Source: a bacterium (lineage in GTDB: Bacteria; Sysuimicrobiota; Sysuimicrobiia; Sysuimicrobiales; Humicultoraceae). From it: a stretch of 43,429 bases of DNA. The position numbers were made by a program, and so were the translations under genes. The DNA is taken from contig JBGQGY010000013.1 of NCBI GenBank assembly GCA_041497675.1, positions 1 to 43,429 on the forward strand, given 5' to 3'. The stretch's first letter is position 1; each line of letters begins with the position of its first letter. Below, one piece after another: positions 8,086-18,054 of this stretch. The notes under the pieces are model-generated. The model made no database searches. It had not been told where the DNA came from and saw nothing but the letters and a program-made list of their open reading frames with translations.

Positions 8086-8952
8086 ATGGTCACCATATTT
8101 GCTGTCCCAAAACCCTTCACGGGCCACATCGGAATCATCCAGCGAAACGCCATTCGCAGCTGGTCTAGGCTCCACCCGCGTGTAGAAGTCATTCTGTGCG
8201 GAGATGAACCGGGGACCAAGGAGATGGCGGACGAGGTGCACGCGACGTACCTGCCGCACGTAATCCGCAACCAGTACGGCACGCCCTTGCTGAACTCCGT
8301 GTTTGAACAGGCCGAACGAGCGGCCCACTCGCGGCTGATGTGTTACGTCAACGCCGATATCGTGCTGTTGGGCGACTTTGCGACGGCCATGCAGCGGATC
8401 GGGTTCCCCAGGTTCCTGATGGTCGGTCAACGTTGGGATGTCGACCTCACGGAATCGTGGGATTTTGAACAACCCGGTTGGGAGGGCGCGCTCCGCAGTC
8501 TCGTCGCGGCGCGGGGAAGACTGCATCCGCCAATGGGCAGCGACTACTTCGTGTTTCCGAGGAATCGCGGCGTGGCAACGCTGCCGCCCTTCGCCGTGGG
8601 GCGTCCCGAATGGGACAACTGGTTCATTTACCATGCGCGGCGGCATCGAGTACCTGTGATTGACGCAACGCGGGTGGCGACGGTCATTCACCAGAACCAC
8701 GGGTATGATCATGTGCCTGAACGCCGTGATGACACGTGGGAGGGGCCGGAGGCCGACTGGAATCGCAGTCTCGTCGGGCGCCGTGAGCATATCTACGTTC
8801 TCTCCGATGCGTCACATGTGCTGACGCCGAAATGGCTGATGCCAACGGTGGGGTTGAAGCTGAAGAGGTTGGCTCGTGCCGGCATCCAACGGTGTCGTCG
8901 CTCCCCATCCCTGTCACGTGCGTATCATCGCCTGAGGCAACGGTTGATTTGA
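8086..8952 (+). CDS. Putative GT-A fold glycosyltransferase-like protein
   Basis: KPF.GHI.IIQRNAI.SW, YVNADI, GSDYFVFP, GRPEWDNW, HQNH motifs; embedded in the operon. Confidence 0.6.
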   Translation: MVTIFAVPKPFTGHIGIIQRNAIRSWSRLHPRVEVILCGDEPGTKEMADEVHATYLPHVIRNQYGTPLLNSVFEQAERAAHSRLMCYVNADIVLLGDFATAMQRIGFPRFLMVGQRWDVDLTESWDFEQPGWEGALRSLVAARGRLHPPMGSDYFVFPRNRGVATLPPFAVGRPEWDNWFIYHARRHRVPVIDATRVATVIHQNHGYDHVPERRDDTWEGPEADWNRSLVGRREHIYVLSDASHVLTPKWLMPTVGLKLKRLARAGIQRCRRSPSLSRAYHRLRQRLI

Positions 8953-8953
8953 C

Positions 8954-9817
8954 GTGATGGCGGCCGTCTCTGTTGTGATGCCGACGTATAACCGGGGCCC
9001 GGTCATTTGGCGTGCGCTCCACAGCGTGGTGGCGCAAACGTGGCGCGATCTCGAGGTGATCGTGGTCGATGATGCGTCCACCGACGAGACGGTGGGCGTA
9101 CTGACCGAGCAGACTCGGGGAGACTCGCGTGTTCGCCTGGTACGGCATGCGCAGAATAAGGGGGCGCAGGCCGCACGCAACACGGGCATCAAGATCGCTC
9201 ACGGCGAGTGGATAGCGTTTCTGGATTCTGACGACGTGTGGTTTCCAGACAGCCTCGAGGTGAGACTGGACGAGGCCACGCGCACCGGGGCGCGGGTCGT
9301 GCATTCGGAGTGTGACGTGCTCGAGGCAGGTGCGAAGGACGCTCGGCCGTTCGGCGTCCCGCCTATGAAAGGTCGGATCTATGCGGAACTGCTTCGACGT
9401 CCCGGTCCCATGTTTCAGGGCTTGCTCGTGCGAAAAGAGGCCCTCATCCGCATTGGCTACCTCGATGAGAGTCTGATTGCGTATCAAGAATGGGACACGG
9501 CGATCAGACTTGCACGCCACGATGCATTTGCGTACGTGTCGACACCGACGTTTACTTACGATTGTCGCTCGGATGACGCGATCTCGCGGCACCGGCTTCG
9601 CGCAGCCGTCGCGTATGAGCGGATCATCACAAAGCATCGGTGGCCAATTCTTCGCCACCTGGGGCCAAAGGCACTGGCAACGCACTTTCGAACGGCCGCC
9701 GGACTGTATAGGGCCGCGAACCACGCCGGTGAGGCCCGTCGATGCCTGCGGACGGCATTTCTCTTGTGGCCCTTTCGACCGAGAGCGATCCTGCGTCACC
9801 TGCAGCGCTTTGCATAG
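8954..9817 (+). CDS. Glycosyltransferase family 2
   Basis: VSVVMPTYNR, VVDDASTD, ARNTG, FLDSDD. Confidence 0.92.
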   Translation: MMAAVSVVMPTYNRGPVIWRALHSVVAQTWRDLEVIVVDDASTDETVGVLTEQTRGDSRVRLVRHAQNKGAQAARNTGIKIAHGEWIAFLDSDDVWFPDSLEVRLDEATRTGARVVHSECDVLEAGAKDARPFGVPPMKGRIYAELLRRPGPMFQGLLVRKEALIRIGYLDESLIAYQEWDTAIRLARHDAFAYVSTPTFTYDCRSDDAISRHRLRAAVAYERIITKHRWPILRHLGPKALATHFRTAAGLYRAANHAGEARRCLRTAFLLWPFRPRAILRHLQRFA

Positions 9818-9839
9818 TCCATTGGCGACGCGGTAGACG

Positions 9840-11174
9840 ATGAGAATCGGCGTTGTTCCTGTCTCAAAGAGCGGTGGTGTCTATCAATACAGCGCCACCA
9901 TGCTTTGGGCTCTCGAGGGGCAGGTGGCGGATGGGGACGACGACGAGTTTCTTGCGTTTGTCGACGAGACGCAGCATCCGTATGCGGTGGGGTTGCGGCA
10001 GCGTGGGTGGACAACGAGGGCCATCGATCCACCGTCGCAGAGGCGGCGGGTGTGGGAGCGCCGGGCTTTGCGGGCATTACGCCAGGCTGCGGGCGAGGGC
10101 AGGGTTCGCGGCGGCTGGAGATGGCTCAAGCGCACGCTTGGGCACGCGCCTGGCCAGGACAAGGCGAGTTTGCCTGACCCCGACAGGGTCCGGTACCGTC
10201 CGGACATGAGCCGCTGGTTCCGGCAGTGCGGAGTTGAACTCATGCTCTACCCGTGGCCGAGGTCGCTGGCCTTTGAAGTCGACATTCCGTACGTGATGGC
10301 GATTCATGATCTGCAGCACCGGCTTCAGCCAGAGTTCCCCGAAGTATCGGCGAACGGGGAATGGGAGTGGCGTGAGTACTGCTTCCGTAACGGGGCACGG
10401 TATGCCACGTCACTCCTGGCTGATTCTGAAGTGGGCAAGGAAGACATCCTCAACTTCTACGGCGCGTACGGCGTGACATCGGACCGCGTAAAAGTCCTGC
10501 CGTTTCTTCCAGCCTCGTACCTTGCTGGCGAGGTATCCGAAGACGAGCGGGTGCGGCTGCGAACGACCTACCAGTTGCCCGAGCGGTATGTCTTCTACCC
10601 TGCTCAGTTCTGGCCACACAAGAACCACGCCGGCATCGTTCGAGCACTGGCACTGTTAAAACACGAGCATCGGCTGAGGGTTCCGGTCGTCTTTTGCGGT
10701 GCTTATAGTGGCGAGATCCGATCTCGCACCTTCCGAGAAGTCATGACGGTCGCGCGGCAATTGGGAGTCGACAATCAGGTCCAGTACCTTGGTTTCGTCC
10801 CGGACCAGGATATGTCTGGTCTCTATGCGGGGGCCGATGCGCTGGTCATGCCGACTTTCTTCGGTCCGACCAATATCCCTGTGCTCGAAGCCTGGGCGTT
10901 CGCCTGCCCCGTCCTCACGTCAGACATTCGGGGCATCCGGGAGCAAGCCGAGGACGCGGCGGTATTGGTCGATCCACGATCAGTGGAAGCGATCGCCGAT
11001 GGGATCTATCGACTCTGGACCGATGCGACGCTCCGGGATAGGCTGGCCGAGCGAGGCCGACGGCGTCTCGCCGGCTATGGTCCCGATGACTATACCCGTC
11101 GACTGAGAGAAATACTGGACGACGCAAGAGAGCGGGTGCGCTCCGACGCCAGAGCAGCCCTTCTGAGCTCCTGA
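9840..11174 (+). CDS. Glycosyltransferase family 4 (MtfB/WbdB-like)
   Basis: IHDLQH, YPAQFWPHKNH, PTFFGPTNIPVLEAW. Confidence 0.9.
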   Translation: MRIGVVPVSKSGGVYQYSATMLWALEGQVADGDDDEFLAFVDETQHPYAVGLRQRGWTTRAIDPPSQRRRVWERRALRALRQAAGEGRVRGGWRWLKRTLGHAPGQDKASLPDPDRVRYRPDMSRWFRQCGVELMLYPWPRSLAFEVDIPYVMAIHDLQHRLQPEFPEVSANGEWEWREYCFRNGARYATSLLADSEVGKEDILNFYGAYGVTSDRVKVLPFLPASYLAGEVSEDERVRLRTTYQLPERYVFYPAQFWPHKNHAGIVRALALLKHEHRLRVPVVFCGAYSGEIRSRTFREVMTVARQLGVDNQVQYLGFVPDQDMSGLYAGADALVMPTFFGPTNIPVLEAWAFACPVLTSDIRGIREQAEDAAVLVDPRSVEAIADGIYRLWTDATLRDRLAERGRRRLAGYGPDDYTRRLREILDDARERVRSDARAALLSS

Positions 11175-11211
11175 TTCGACTGACGCCGGACACGAAGTGG
11201 AGGACGCGCGC

Positions 11212-11673
11212 ATGAAGACGATGGATGGGTCGCCCGATGAAGTGTGGGATGGAGAGCGCCTGATCGCGCTCATCATTCGGGCCTCCTACCAGGCAGAGGG
11301 GATCATGTTCTTCACGGACCGGAGCCTCTCGCAGCAGCTCGGATACATGCGACGGCCGAGGGGATACGCGATCGGCGCGCATGTCCACAACAAGCTGCAT
11401 CGGAACGTCGAGTACACGCAGGAGGTCCTGATCATCCGCAAGGGACGGCTCCGGGTCGACCTCTACGACGCGGAGCACCGGTTCCTGACGGATCGAATCC
11501 TGGAGCCTGGGGACATCATCCTCCTCGCATCAGGCGGGCACGGGTTCGAGATGTTGGAAGAGGTGGAGATGGTTGAAGTCAAGCAGGGGCCATATGCTCC
11601 AACGGATGACAAGACGTTCTTCACACCTGCTCGGTCGCGGGGCGAGCAACGCCTGGCATCGGTGAAGCCATGA
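11212..11673 (+). CDS. Cupin-fold protein
   Basis: GGAGGA SD; HVH...TQEVL.I.KG.L...GDIILL..GGHGF cupin-type motifs; coupled to the DegT gene. Confidence 0.75.
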   Translation: MKTMDGSPDEVWDGERLIALIIRASYQAEGIMFFTDRSLSQQLGYMRRPRGYAIGAHVHNKLHRNVEYTQEVLIIRKGRLRVDLYDAEHRFLTDRILEPGDIILLASGGHGFEMLEEVEMVEVKQGPYAPTDDKTFFTPARSRGEQRLASVKP

Positions 11674-12806
11674 CGTCGATCACGTCTGAGGAACTCACAA
11701 TCCCCGTCAACGAGCCGGTTCTCGGCACGAGCGAGCTGGCCTACGTAAGGGAAGCTGTCGAAACAGGATGGATCTCATCGGACGGTCGGTTCGTCGGCGA
11801 GTTCGAGCGGGCGTTTGCGGCGTTCTGCGGACGTCGGCACGGCGTGGCCGTGTGCAACGGCTCGGCTGCGTTGGAGGTGGCGACCGCCGCGGTCAATCTC
11901 CAACCGGGGGATGAAGTCATCCTGCCGACATTCACGATCATCGCCTGCGCGGCCGCCATCATCGAGCGCGGAGCGATTCCGGTTCTCGTGGATAGCGAGC
12001 CGGACACCTGGAACATGGATACACACCAGATCGCCGACCGGATCACGCCCCGCACACGGGCGATCATGCCCGTCCACATTTATGGGCACCCGGTGGATAT
12101 GGACCCGCTGCTCGAACTTGCCGGAGCACACCATCTTATGGTCATCGAAGACGCGGCCGAAGTGCACGGGGCCGAGTACAGGGGACGCCGCTGCGGATCG
12201 CTCGGGGATGTCAGCACCTTCAGCTTTTACGCCAACAAGATCATCACCACTGGGGAAGGCGGCATGCTGGTCACGGATGACGATGCCCTCGCGGAGCGAT
12301 GCCGGCTTCACCGAAACCTCTGCTTCCAGGGCCCGCGTCGGTTCGTCCACCAGGAGTTGGGACGGAATTTTCGGATGACGAACCTGCAGGCAGCCGTCGG
12401 CGTGGCGCAGATGGAGCGGATCGAGCAGTCGATCGCCAAGAAGCGGTGGATCGGGCAGTCGTACACTGAGCATCTCCAGGGGATCCCCGGGCTCCTCCTA
12501 CCTATCGAGCGGCCGTGGGCCAAGCATGTGTACTGGGTCTACGGCTTGGTTCTCGATGACACCGTGCCATTCGACGCAACAGAGTTTGCTCGTCGGCTGG
12601 CCGCGCGTGGCGTGCAGACACGCCCCTTCTTCTGGCCGATGCACGAACAACCCGTGTTCCGGCAGATGGGACTGTTCCTCAACGAGCGGTACCCGGTCGC
12701 CGAGAGGCTTGCCCGCCGCGGGCTGTACCTGCCATCGGGTATGGCCCTGACGGAAAGCCAACTTGGCCATGTCTGCGACGCGGTCCGCGCGGTGCTCAAG
12801 GTATGA
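11670..12806 (+). CDS. DegT/DnrJ/EryC1/StrS aminotransferase (GDP-perosamine synthase-like) #1
   Basis: IPVNEP, VHIYGHP, IEDAAE.HG, FSFYANKIITTGEGG, GLYLPSG. Confidence 0.92.
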   Translation: MTSITSEELTIPVNEPVLGTSELAYVREAVETGWISSDGRFVGEFERAFAAFCGRRHGVAVCNGSAALEVATAAVNLQPGDEVILPTFTIIACAAAIIERGAIPVLVDSEPDTWNMDTHQIADRITPRTRAIMPVHIYGHPVDMDPLLELAGAHHLMVIEDAAEVHGAEYRGRRCGSLGDVSTFSFYANKIITTGEGGMLVTDDDALAERCRLHRNLCFQGPRRFVHQELGRNFRMTNLQAAVGVAQMERIEQSIAKKRWIGQSYTEHLQGIPGLLLPIERPWAKHVYWVYGLVLDDTVPFDATEFARRLAARGVQTRPFFWPMHEQPVFRQMGLFLNERYPVAERLARRGLYLPSGMALTESQLGHVCDAVRAVLKV

Positions 12807-13573
12807 GCGGCGTGGCTGCATTTGAGGCATACGCCGCCTTCTATGACGCCTTGTATCGTGACAAGGACTATGCGGGCGAATGCGACGTCCTCGAACGGAT
12901 CTTCGAGCGTTTCGCCGTGTCACCGGTGCGGCAGATTCTCGACGTCGGATGTGGTACCGGGGGGCACGCGATCGTCCTGGCATCCCGGGGTTACGCCGTC
13001 ACGGGCGTGGATCGCTCGGGCCAGATGCTGGCCGTCGCTCGCGCGAAGGACCACCCGCGCGAGCCAAATGTCCTATTTGAAGAGGCGGATATCCGCTCGT
13101 GGCGTGGGGGGAGGACGTGGGACGCGGCCCTGGCGATGTTCGCGGTCCTCTCCTACCAGGTTGACCATGACGACGTGGCAGCGGTGATCGAGAGCGTGAG
13201 GATGCACCTTGCTCCTCAGGGGCTCTTCGTCTTCGACATCTGGTTCGGCCCCGGAGTCTTGACCGAACCGCCGAGCGAGCGCACCAAGGAGACGCGCGAG
13301 CACGGTCATGAGATCACCAGGTACGCGTCGCCGCACCTTGACCTCGTCCGGCAGACGGTTGACGTCGATTACTTCATTACCGATGTGAATGGCCAGGGGA
13401 TGGTCCGGCGAGTCCGCGAGACTCACCGGATGCGATTCTTCTTTCCTAACGAACTGGACCTACTGCTGACGGCAGGTGGGTTCCGCCTTGTCCGCTTGTG
13501 TCCGTTTGGGCAGCTGGACGAGCCAGTGCAACGCGAGACCTGGAACGCGACAGTCATCGCCCAGGCCGTATAG
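12803..13573 (+). CDS. Class I SAM-dependent methyltransferase (sugar N-methyltransferase-like N-terminus)
   Basis: FYDALYRDKDYAGE, ILDVGCGTG, GVDRS..ML. Confidence 0.85.
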   Translation: MSGVAAFEAYAAFYDALYRDKDYAGECDVLERIFERFAVSPVRQILDVGCGTGGHAIVLASRGYAVTGVDRSGQMLAVARAKDHPREPNVLFEEADIRSWRGGRTWDAALAMFAVLSYQVDHDDVAAVIESVRMHLAPQGLFVFDIWFGPGVLTEPPSERTKETREHGHEITRYASPHLDLVRQTVDVDYFITDVNGQGMVRRVRETHRMRFFFPNELDLLLTAGGFRLVRLCPFGQLDEPVQRETWNATVIAQAV

Positions 13574-13575
13574 AC

Positions 13576-14880
13576 ATGGTCCCCACACCCTTGCGCGTGG
13601 CAATAAACGCCCAAATCTATCCGCTGGAGACGTTTGGAGGCGTCGCCACGACGCTTACTGGCCTTGTTCGATCACTGGGGACGCTCGACGGACCAGAGGA
13701 GTACGTGATCATTGGACCGTGGCAGGAGCCCGAGTGGCTGCGACCCTTTCTGGGGCCGAACCAGCGCATCGTCTCCGGTCCTCTGCCGCCGCGCCGTCGG
13801 CTTACCAGTGTTGTCGAACGGCTGCGCTCCGTATCCAGTCGGCTCCGCGCGCGCGCGGCCCGACCCGCGGCCGGAGCAGAAAAGTATCGGGCGCCCGTCT
13901 CAGATGGGTTCTACGAGCGGCTGGGATGCGACATGATCCATTTTCCGGATGTGGAATTCGTCGTATCTCGGTTGCCCGCGATCTACAACCCCCATGATCT
14001 CCAGCACCTGCACTTTCCTGAGTTCTTTACGCCCAAGGCCCTGATGTGGCGGGCCGCCTACCATCCGACTGGATGCCGGCTGGCGCATACAGTGGTGGTG
14101 GAGTCCCGGTGGGTCAAGGACGACATCGTGAAACAGTTTGGGCTCGATCCAAAGAAGATCCAGGTCATCCCCCTGGCCCCACCCACACAGACGTACCCGG
14201 AGCCATCTGTCGACGCCCCGAGTCACGTGCTGAACACCTACAGGCTCGAGCAGCCGTTCGCGCTCTATCCGGCGCTTACATGGCCGCACAAGAACCACGT
14301 CCGGCTCCTCGAGGCGCTCGCGCTCCTGCGCGACCGGCACCAGGCTCGGGTGAGGCTGGTCTGCACGGGTTATCAGAACAACTTTTGGCCACAGGTCGAG
14401 CGCCGGCTGCGGGACTTGGGACTCCAGGATCAGGTCAGGTTCCTCGGGATGATTCCCGCCGAGCATCTGCGAGCGCTCTACCGGCTTGCGCAGTTTGTCG
14501 TGATCCCGACGCTTTTTGAAGCAGCGAGCGAGCCAGTCTATGAGGCGTGGCACGACGGCGCACCGGTCGCCTGTTCCAATGTGACGTCCCTACCGGCACA
14601 GGCCGGCGATGCGGCATTGATCTTCGATCCTCTCTCCGTCGAGTCGATTGCCGCGGCTGTGGGAGAGATGGCGACAAACGCGCAATTGCGCGAGGCCCTG
14701 ATGCGGCGAGGTGCCGCGCGATTGAGGAACTTTAGCTGGGAGCGCACCGCGAAAGCGTACCGGGCCGTATACCGTCGGGCTGCGGGACGCGCTTTGACCG
14801 AGGAGGACCGATGGCTGCTGACGTGGGACTGGATGCAAGACACGAAAGAAGAACAGTCACCGGCACAGCGCGCGGGCTAA
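13576..14880 (+). CDS. Glycosyltransferase family 4 (MtfB-like), paralog of 9840-11174
   Basis: HDLQH, YPALTWPHKNH, PTLFEAASEPVYEAW, FSWERTA. Confidence 0.88.
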   Translation: MVPTPLRVAINAQIYPLETFGGVATTLTGLVRSLGTLDGPEEYVIIGPWQEPEWLRPFLGPNQRIVSGPLPPRRRLTSVVERLRSVSSRLRARAARPAAGAEKYRAPVSDGFYERLGCDMIHFPDVEFVVSRLPAIYNPHDLQHLHFPEFFTPKALMWRAAYHPTGCRLAHTVVVESRWVKDDIVKQFGLDPKKIQVIPLAPPTQTYPEPSVDAPSHVLNTYRLEQPFALYPALTWPHKNHVRLLEALALLRDRHQARVRLVCTGYQNNFWPQVERRLRDLGLQDQVRFLGMIPAEHLRALYRLAQFVVIPTLFEAASEPVYEAWHDGAPVACSNVTSLPAQAGDAALIFDPLSVESIAAAVGEMATNAQLREALMRRGAARLRNFSWERTAKAYRAVYRRAAGRALTEEDRWLLTWDWMQDTKEEQSPAQRAG

Positions 14881-15992
14881 GCCAGCCGCGAGTCATACCG
14901 GTCGCCGCACCCGTCCTCGCGGGCAACGAGCAGGCGTATGTTTTGGACTGCCTGCAGTCCACCTGGATTTCCGCGCATGGGGAATACGTCGGCCGATTTG
15001 AAACCGCGTTCAGCGAGTTCTGCGGGGCACGGCACGCGATCTGCTGTTCGAGTGGAACGGCCGCGTTACATCTCGCGCTTCTGGCTCTCGCCGTTGGACC
15101 CGGGGACGAGGTGCTCGTCCCGACCCTGACCTTCGTGGCGACGGCCAACGCGGTGACCTTTTGCGGCGCCCGGCCAGTTTTTATCGACGCCGAGTCGAAG
15201 ACCTGGAATGTCGATCCGTCACTGCTCGAGGCGAGGATCACTCCTCGTACGAAGGGTATTGTCGCCGTGCACCTGTATGGTCACGCGGCAGAGATGGACT
15301 CTGTGCTCGCCGTCGCTCAACGCCATGGCCTGTTTGTGATCGAGGACGCGGCGGAGGCTCACGGCGCCCAGTACCGCGGCCGGCCCGTGGGCACGTTTGG
15401 CAACATGGCGACCTTCAGTTTCTCCGGCAACAAGACGATCACCACCGGCGAAGGCGGCATGGTTGTCACCGACGATGCCGCGCTGGCAGCCAAGGTGTGT
15501 CAGCTGAAGGCGCAGGCGATGGACCCAACCCGGCGCTACTGGTTCCCGCGCATCGGTTTCAACTACCAACTGACGAACATTGCCGCGGCGATAGGACTGG
15601 CCCAAATGGAGATGGCGAGCTGGCACGTGCAGCGTCGCCGCCAGATCGCATCGTGGTATCGTGAGGATCTTGATGGGGTCTCGGGCATCACCCGGCAGGC
15701 CGAGCAACCATGGGCCAGCCATGCGTACTGGATGTTTAGTGTTCTCTTGGATGAGGCTGCAGCCGACCGTGACGCCGTCATGGCGCGGCTCGCCGAGCGG
15801 GGCATCGAGACTCGTCCCGTGTTCTACCCGCTACATACGCTGCCGCCATACCGTGCCGGCGCCGCCGACTCGGCGTTGCCCGTCGCCGAGCGGATCGCGC
15901 GGCGCGGGCTCAGCCTGCCCACCTGGGGCGGCTTGACCCGCGAGGACGTCCACTACGTGTCGGAGTGCTTGCGGGACTGCCTGGGGCAATGA
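14811..15992 (+). CDS. DegT/DnrJ/EryC1/StrS aminotransferase (perosamine synthase-like) #2
   Basis: AGGAGG at 14801-14806 before ATG. IPVAAP, VHLYGH, IEDAAEAHG, FSFSGNKTITTGEGG, ETRPVF. Start position uncertain (overlaps the upstream gene). Confidence 0.9.
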   Translation: MAADVGLDARHERRTVTGTARGLSQPRVIPVAAPVLAGNEQAYVLDCLQSTWISAHGEYVGRFETAFSEFCGARHAICCSSGTAALHLALLALAVGPGDEVLVPTLTFVATANAVTFCGARPVFIDAESKTWNVDPSLLEARITPRTKGIVAVHLYGHAAEMDSVLAVAQRHGLFVIEDAAEAHGAQYRGRPVGTFGNMATFSFSGNKTITTGEGGMVVTDDAALAAKVCQLKAQAMDPTRRYWFPRIGFNYQLTNIAAAIGLAQMEMASWHVQRRRQIASWYREDLDGVSGITRQAEQPWASHAYWMFSVLLDEAAADRDAVMARLAERGIETRPVFYPLHTLPPYRAGAADSALPVAERIARRGLSLPTWGGLTREDVHYVSECLRDCLGQ

Positions 15993-16936
15993 CGCTGCCA
16001 CGTGAACCGCTCGTTTCTATAGTCACGCCGTCCTTCAATCAGGGAGGCTTTATCGCCGAGACGATCGCCTCGGTCCTGGGCCAGGATTATCCCCATGTGG
16101 AGTACCTGGTCGTCGATGGCGGCTCGACAGATGGGACCCTAGACATCCTGCGCCGCTTCGGTCACCGGTTGAGCTGGAGCTCAGAACCCGACCGAGGGCA
16201 ATCGGACGCCATCAACAAGGGCTGGCGCGGGACTCACGGAGAGATCATCGCCTGGCTGAACGCCGATGATCTGTATCGGCCGTCTGCCATCACGAAGGTG
16301 GTCGCGTTCTTCCAGCAACATCCAGACATCGACCTTGTCTATGGTGACTGCGACTTTATCAACGAGGGCGGCGATGTCCTAGGGCGACACCATAAGGGGC
16401 AGGCCAGCGCTGCCGATCTGGTGCGGTCGCCCGTGAGCCTTATCCTTCAGCCCGCGGCGTTCCTCCGCAGGCGCGTGCTGGAGAGCGTCGGCTACCTGGA
16501 CGAAACGCTTCAATTCATCATGGACATGGAATACTGGCTACGGGTGGCCTCTCGGCACAACATTTCGCACCTTCCTGAGTGCCTCGCGGCCTTTCGTGTT
16601 CATGGGGGATCGAAGTCCGGTCGCCAGTCTCAGCGCTTCGAGGACGAGCGCCTGCGTGTCTACGAGCAGTTCTTCAAATCTCCGACTGTCCCGGATCATC
16701 TCAAACGACTCGAACGAGAGGCTATGCGCAACGTATACTCGCGGGCCGCGAATGATCACTTTCTAGCAGGCGATATGAAACAAGCCCAACACTTTGCCGC
16801 GGTCTCATGGCGGTACCTTCCGCTGAGGCCTCAACGCATCCAACTGAAGGTGCTGGTGCTGGGCCTGGCCGGGTCCCGGGGGGTACGGCTGGCGGCATGG
16901 CTCAGGAATTTTGCCGGAGCTGCCGGCGGGCTGTGA
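15989..16936 (+). CDS. Glycosyltransferase family 2 (WcaE/WfgS-like)
   Basis: VSIVTPSFNQG, VDGGSTDGT, EPDRGQSDAINKG, WLNADD; ATGA overlap. Confidence 0.92.
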   Translation: MTLPREPLVSIVTPSFNQGGFIAETIASVLGQDYPHVEYLVVDGGSTDGTLDILRRFGHRLSWSSEPDRGQSDAINKGWRGTHGEIIAWLNADDLYRPSAITKVVAFFQQHPDIDLVYGDCDFINEGGDVLGRHHKGQASAADLVRSPVSLILQPAAFLRRRVLESVGYLDETLQFIMDMEYWLRVASRHNISHLPECLAAFRVHGGSKSGRQSQRFEDERLRVYEQFFKSPTVPDHLKRLEREAMRNVYSRAANDHFLAGDMKQAQHFAAVSWRYLPLRPQRIQLKVLVLGLAGSRGVRLAAWLRNFAGAAGGL

Positions 16937-16962
16937 GACTCGGCCGTGGCGAGGGCTAGACG

Positions 16963-18024
16963 GTGACCCACGCGATGGTGGATTCGCCTCGCTTCGTGTG
17001 GTTCGGGCCGTGGTCACCGTACCATAACAATGCGCGATACGCGGACCTGCTGCCTCGACTCCGCAACGTCAGGACGATCAAGTATCCCCTGAGCACCATT
17101 CGTCTGGTTCGGGGGGCTCAGCTACGCGCCTATCCGCGAATCTTGACGCGGGCAGTGGACGGCCTGGGTCGGACATGGCGGGGTCTATTCTGCACGGACA
17201 TTCGGCAAATCCCGCACTTTCGCGAACGCGTCGTGGTCGATCATGACGACCCTGCGTTCACCATGAACGAAGTGCAGGCGCTGAATGCCCCGAATGTCAA
17301 ACTCGTGGTTCTCACGACGGAGCGTGCGAGAGAACGGCTGGTTGCGGAGGGACTTCGGTCGCCGACAGCCGTGGTGCCGCAGGGGGTCAGTCTGCGTGAC
17401 GTGCAGCTAGACCAGGTGAGTCGACTGCGCGCCGATCTGCGAACTTCGGGAGATGTCGTCATTGGATACACTCAGCCCTTCATGTTTTGTCGGAATGACT
17501 TTCGGGCTTTGACGGCTGCGCAGGAGATGTACTGCATTGACGACCTTCTGGACGCGTACCGGCGGGCATGTGCGGAAGCCCCAGAGCTGAGGCTGTGGCT
17601 GATCGGGAGACCGTCGGCATCGGTGCGCGCGCGTACGGCACAAATGAACAGCGTGCGGCTCTGTGGCCTCGTCCAGCCAAACCAGATCCTCGGCTATGTT
17701 GCCAACTTCGACATTGGAGTCTATCCACGGTTCGTCGATCTTGGTGGTCGAGAGAGCGTCAAGGTGATTCAGGCGCTCGCCTGTGGTGTACCGGTTATTG
17801 CCGCAAACGTCGCGGAGTCATTGCCTGTACGGGAAAGTGGCGGCGGGATCCTCGTAGACTCGGTCGATGACCTTGCGAGAGCGATGGTACGCCTGGCGAA
17901 GGACCGGGAGACCCGGATGGCGCTGGCCGCGAAAGCGAGGGCTTTTGGCACGCGACGCGACTGGGACATCTTAGCGCGCGGGTACGATGACCTTCTGTCA
18001 CTCTACGGAGAGCAAGAAAACTGA
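16963..18024 (+). CDS. Glycosyltransferase, GT-B fold (family 4-like, divergent)
   Basis: C-terminal FDIGVYP...SVKVIQALACGVPVIA...DWDILA pattern. Confidence 0.75.
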   Translation: MTHAMVDSPRFVWFGPWSPYHNNARYADLLPRLRNVRTIKYPLSTIRLVRGAQLRAYPRILTRAVDGLGRTWRGLFCTDIRQIPHFRERVVVDHDDPAFTMNEVQALNAPNVKLVVLTTERARERLVAEGLRSPTAVVPQGVSLRDVQLDQVSRLRADLRTSGDVVIGYTQPFMFCRNDFRALTAAQEMYCIDDLLDAYRRACAEAPELRLWLIGRPSASVRARTAQMNSVRLCGLVQPNQILGYVANFDIGVYPRFVDLGGRESVKVIQALACGVPVIAANVAESLPVRESGGGILVDSVDDLARAMVRLAKDRETRMALAAKARAFGTRRDWDILARGYDDLLSLYGEQEN

Positions 18025-18054
18025 CGATCTGCCATCAACGGGGAGCAACCATCC

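Noticed and set aside
9830..9836. GCGGTAG resembling the RfaH ops element in an intergenic gap
   Set aside because: Incomplete match to GGCGGTAGnnTG. The same 7-mer occurs at unrelated places (~4609, ~35428) in this GC-rich DNA, and it is far from the operon leader.
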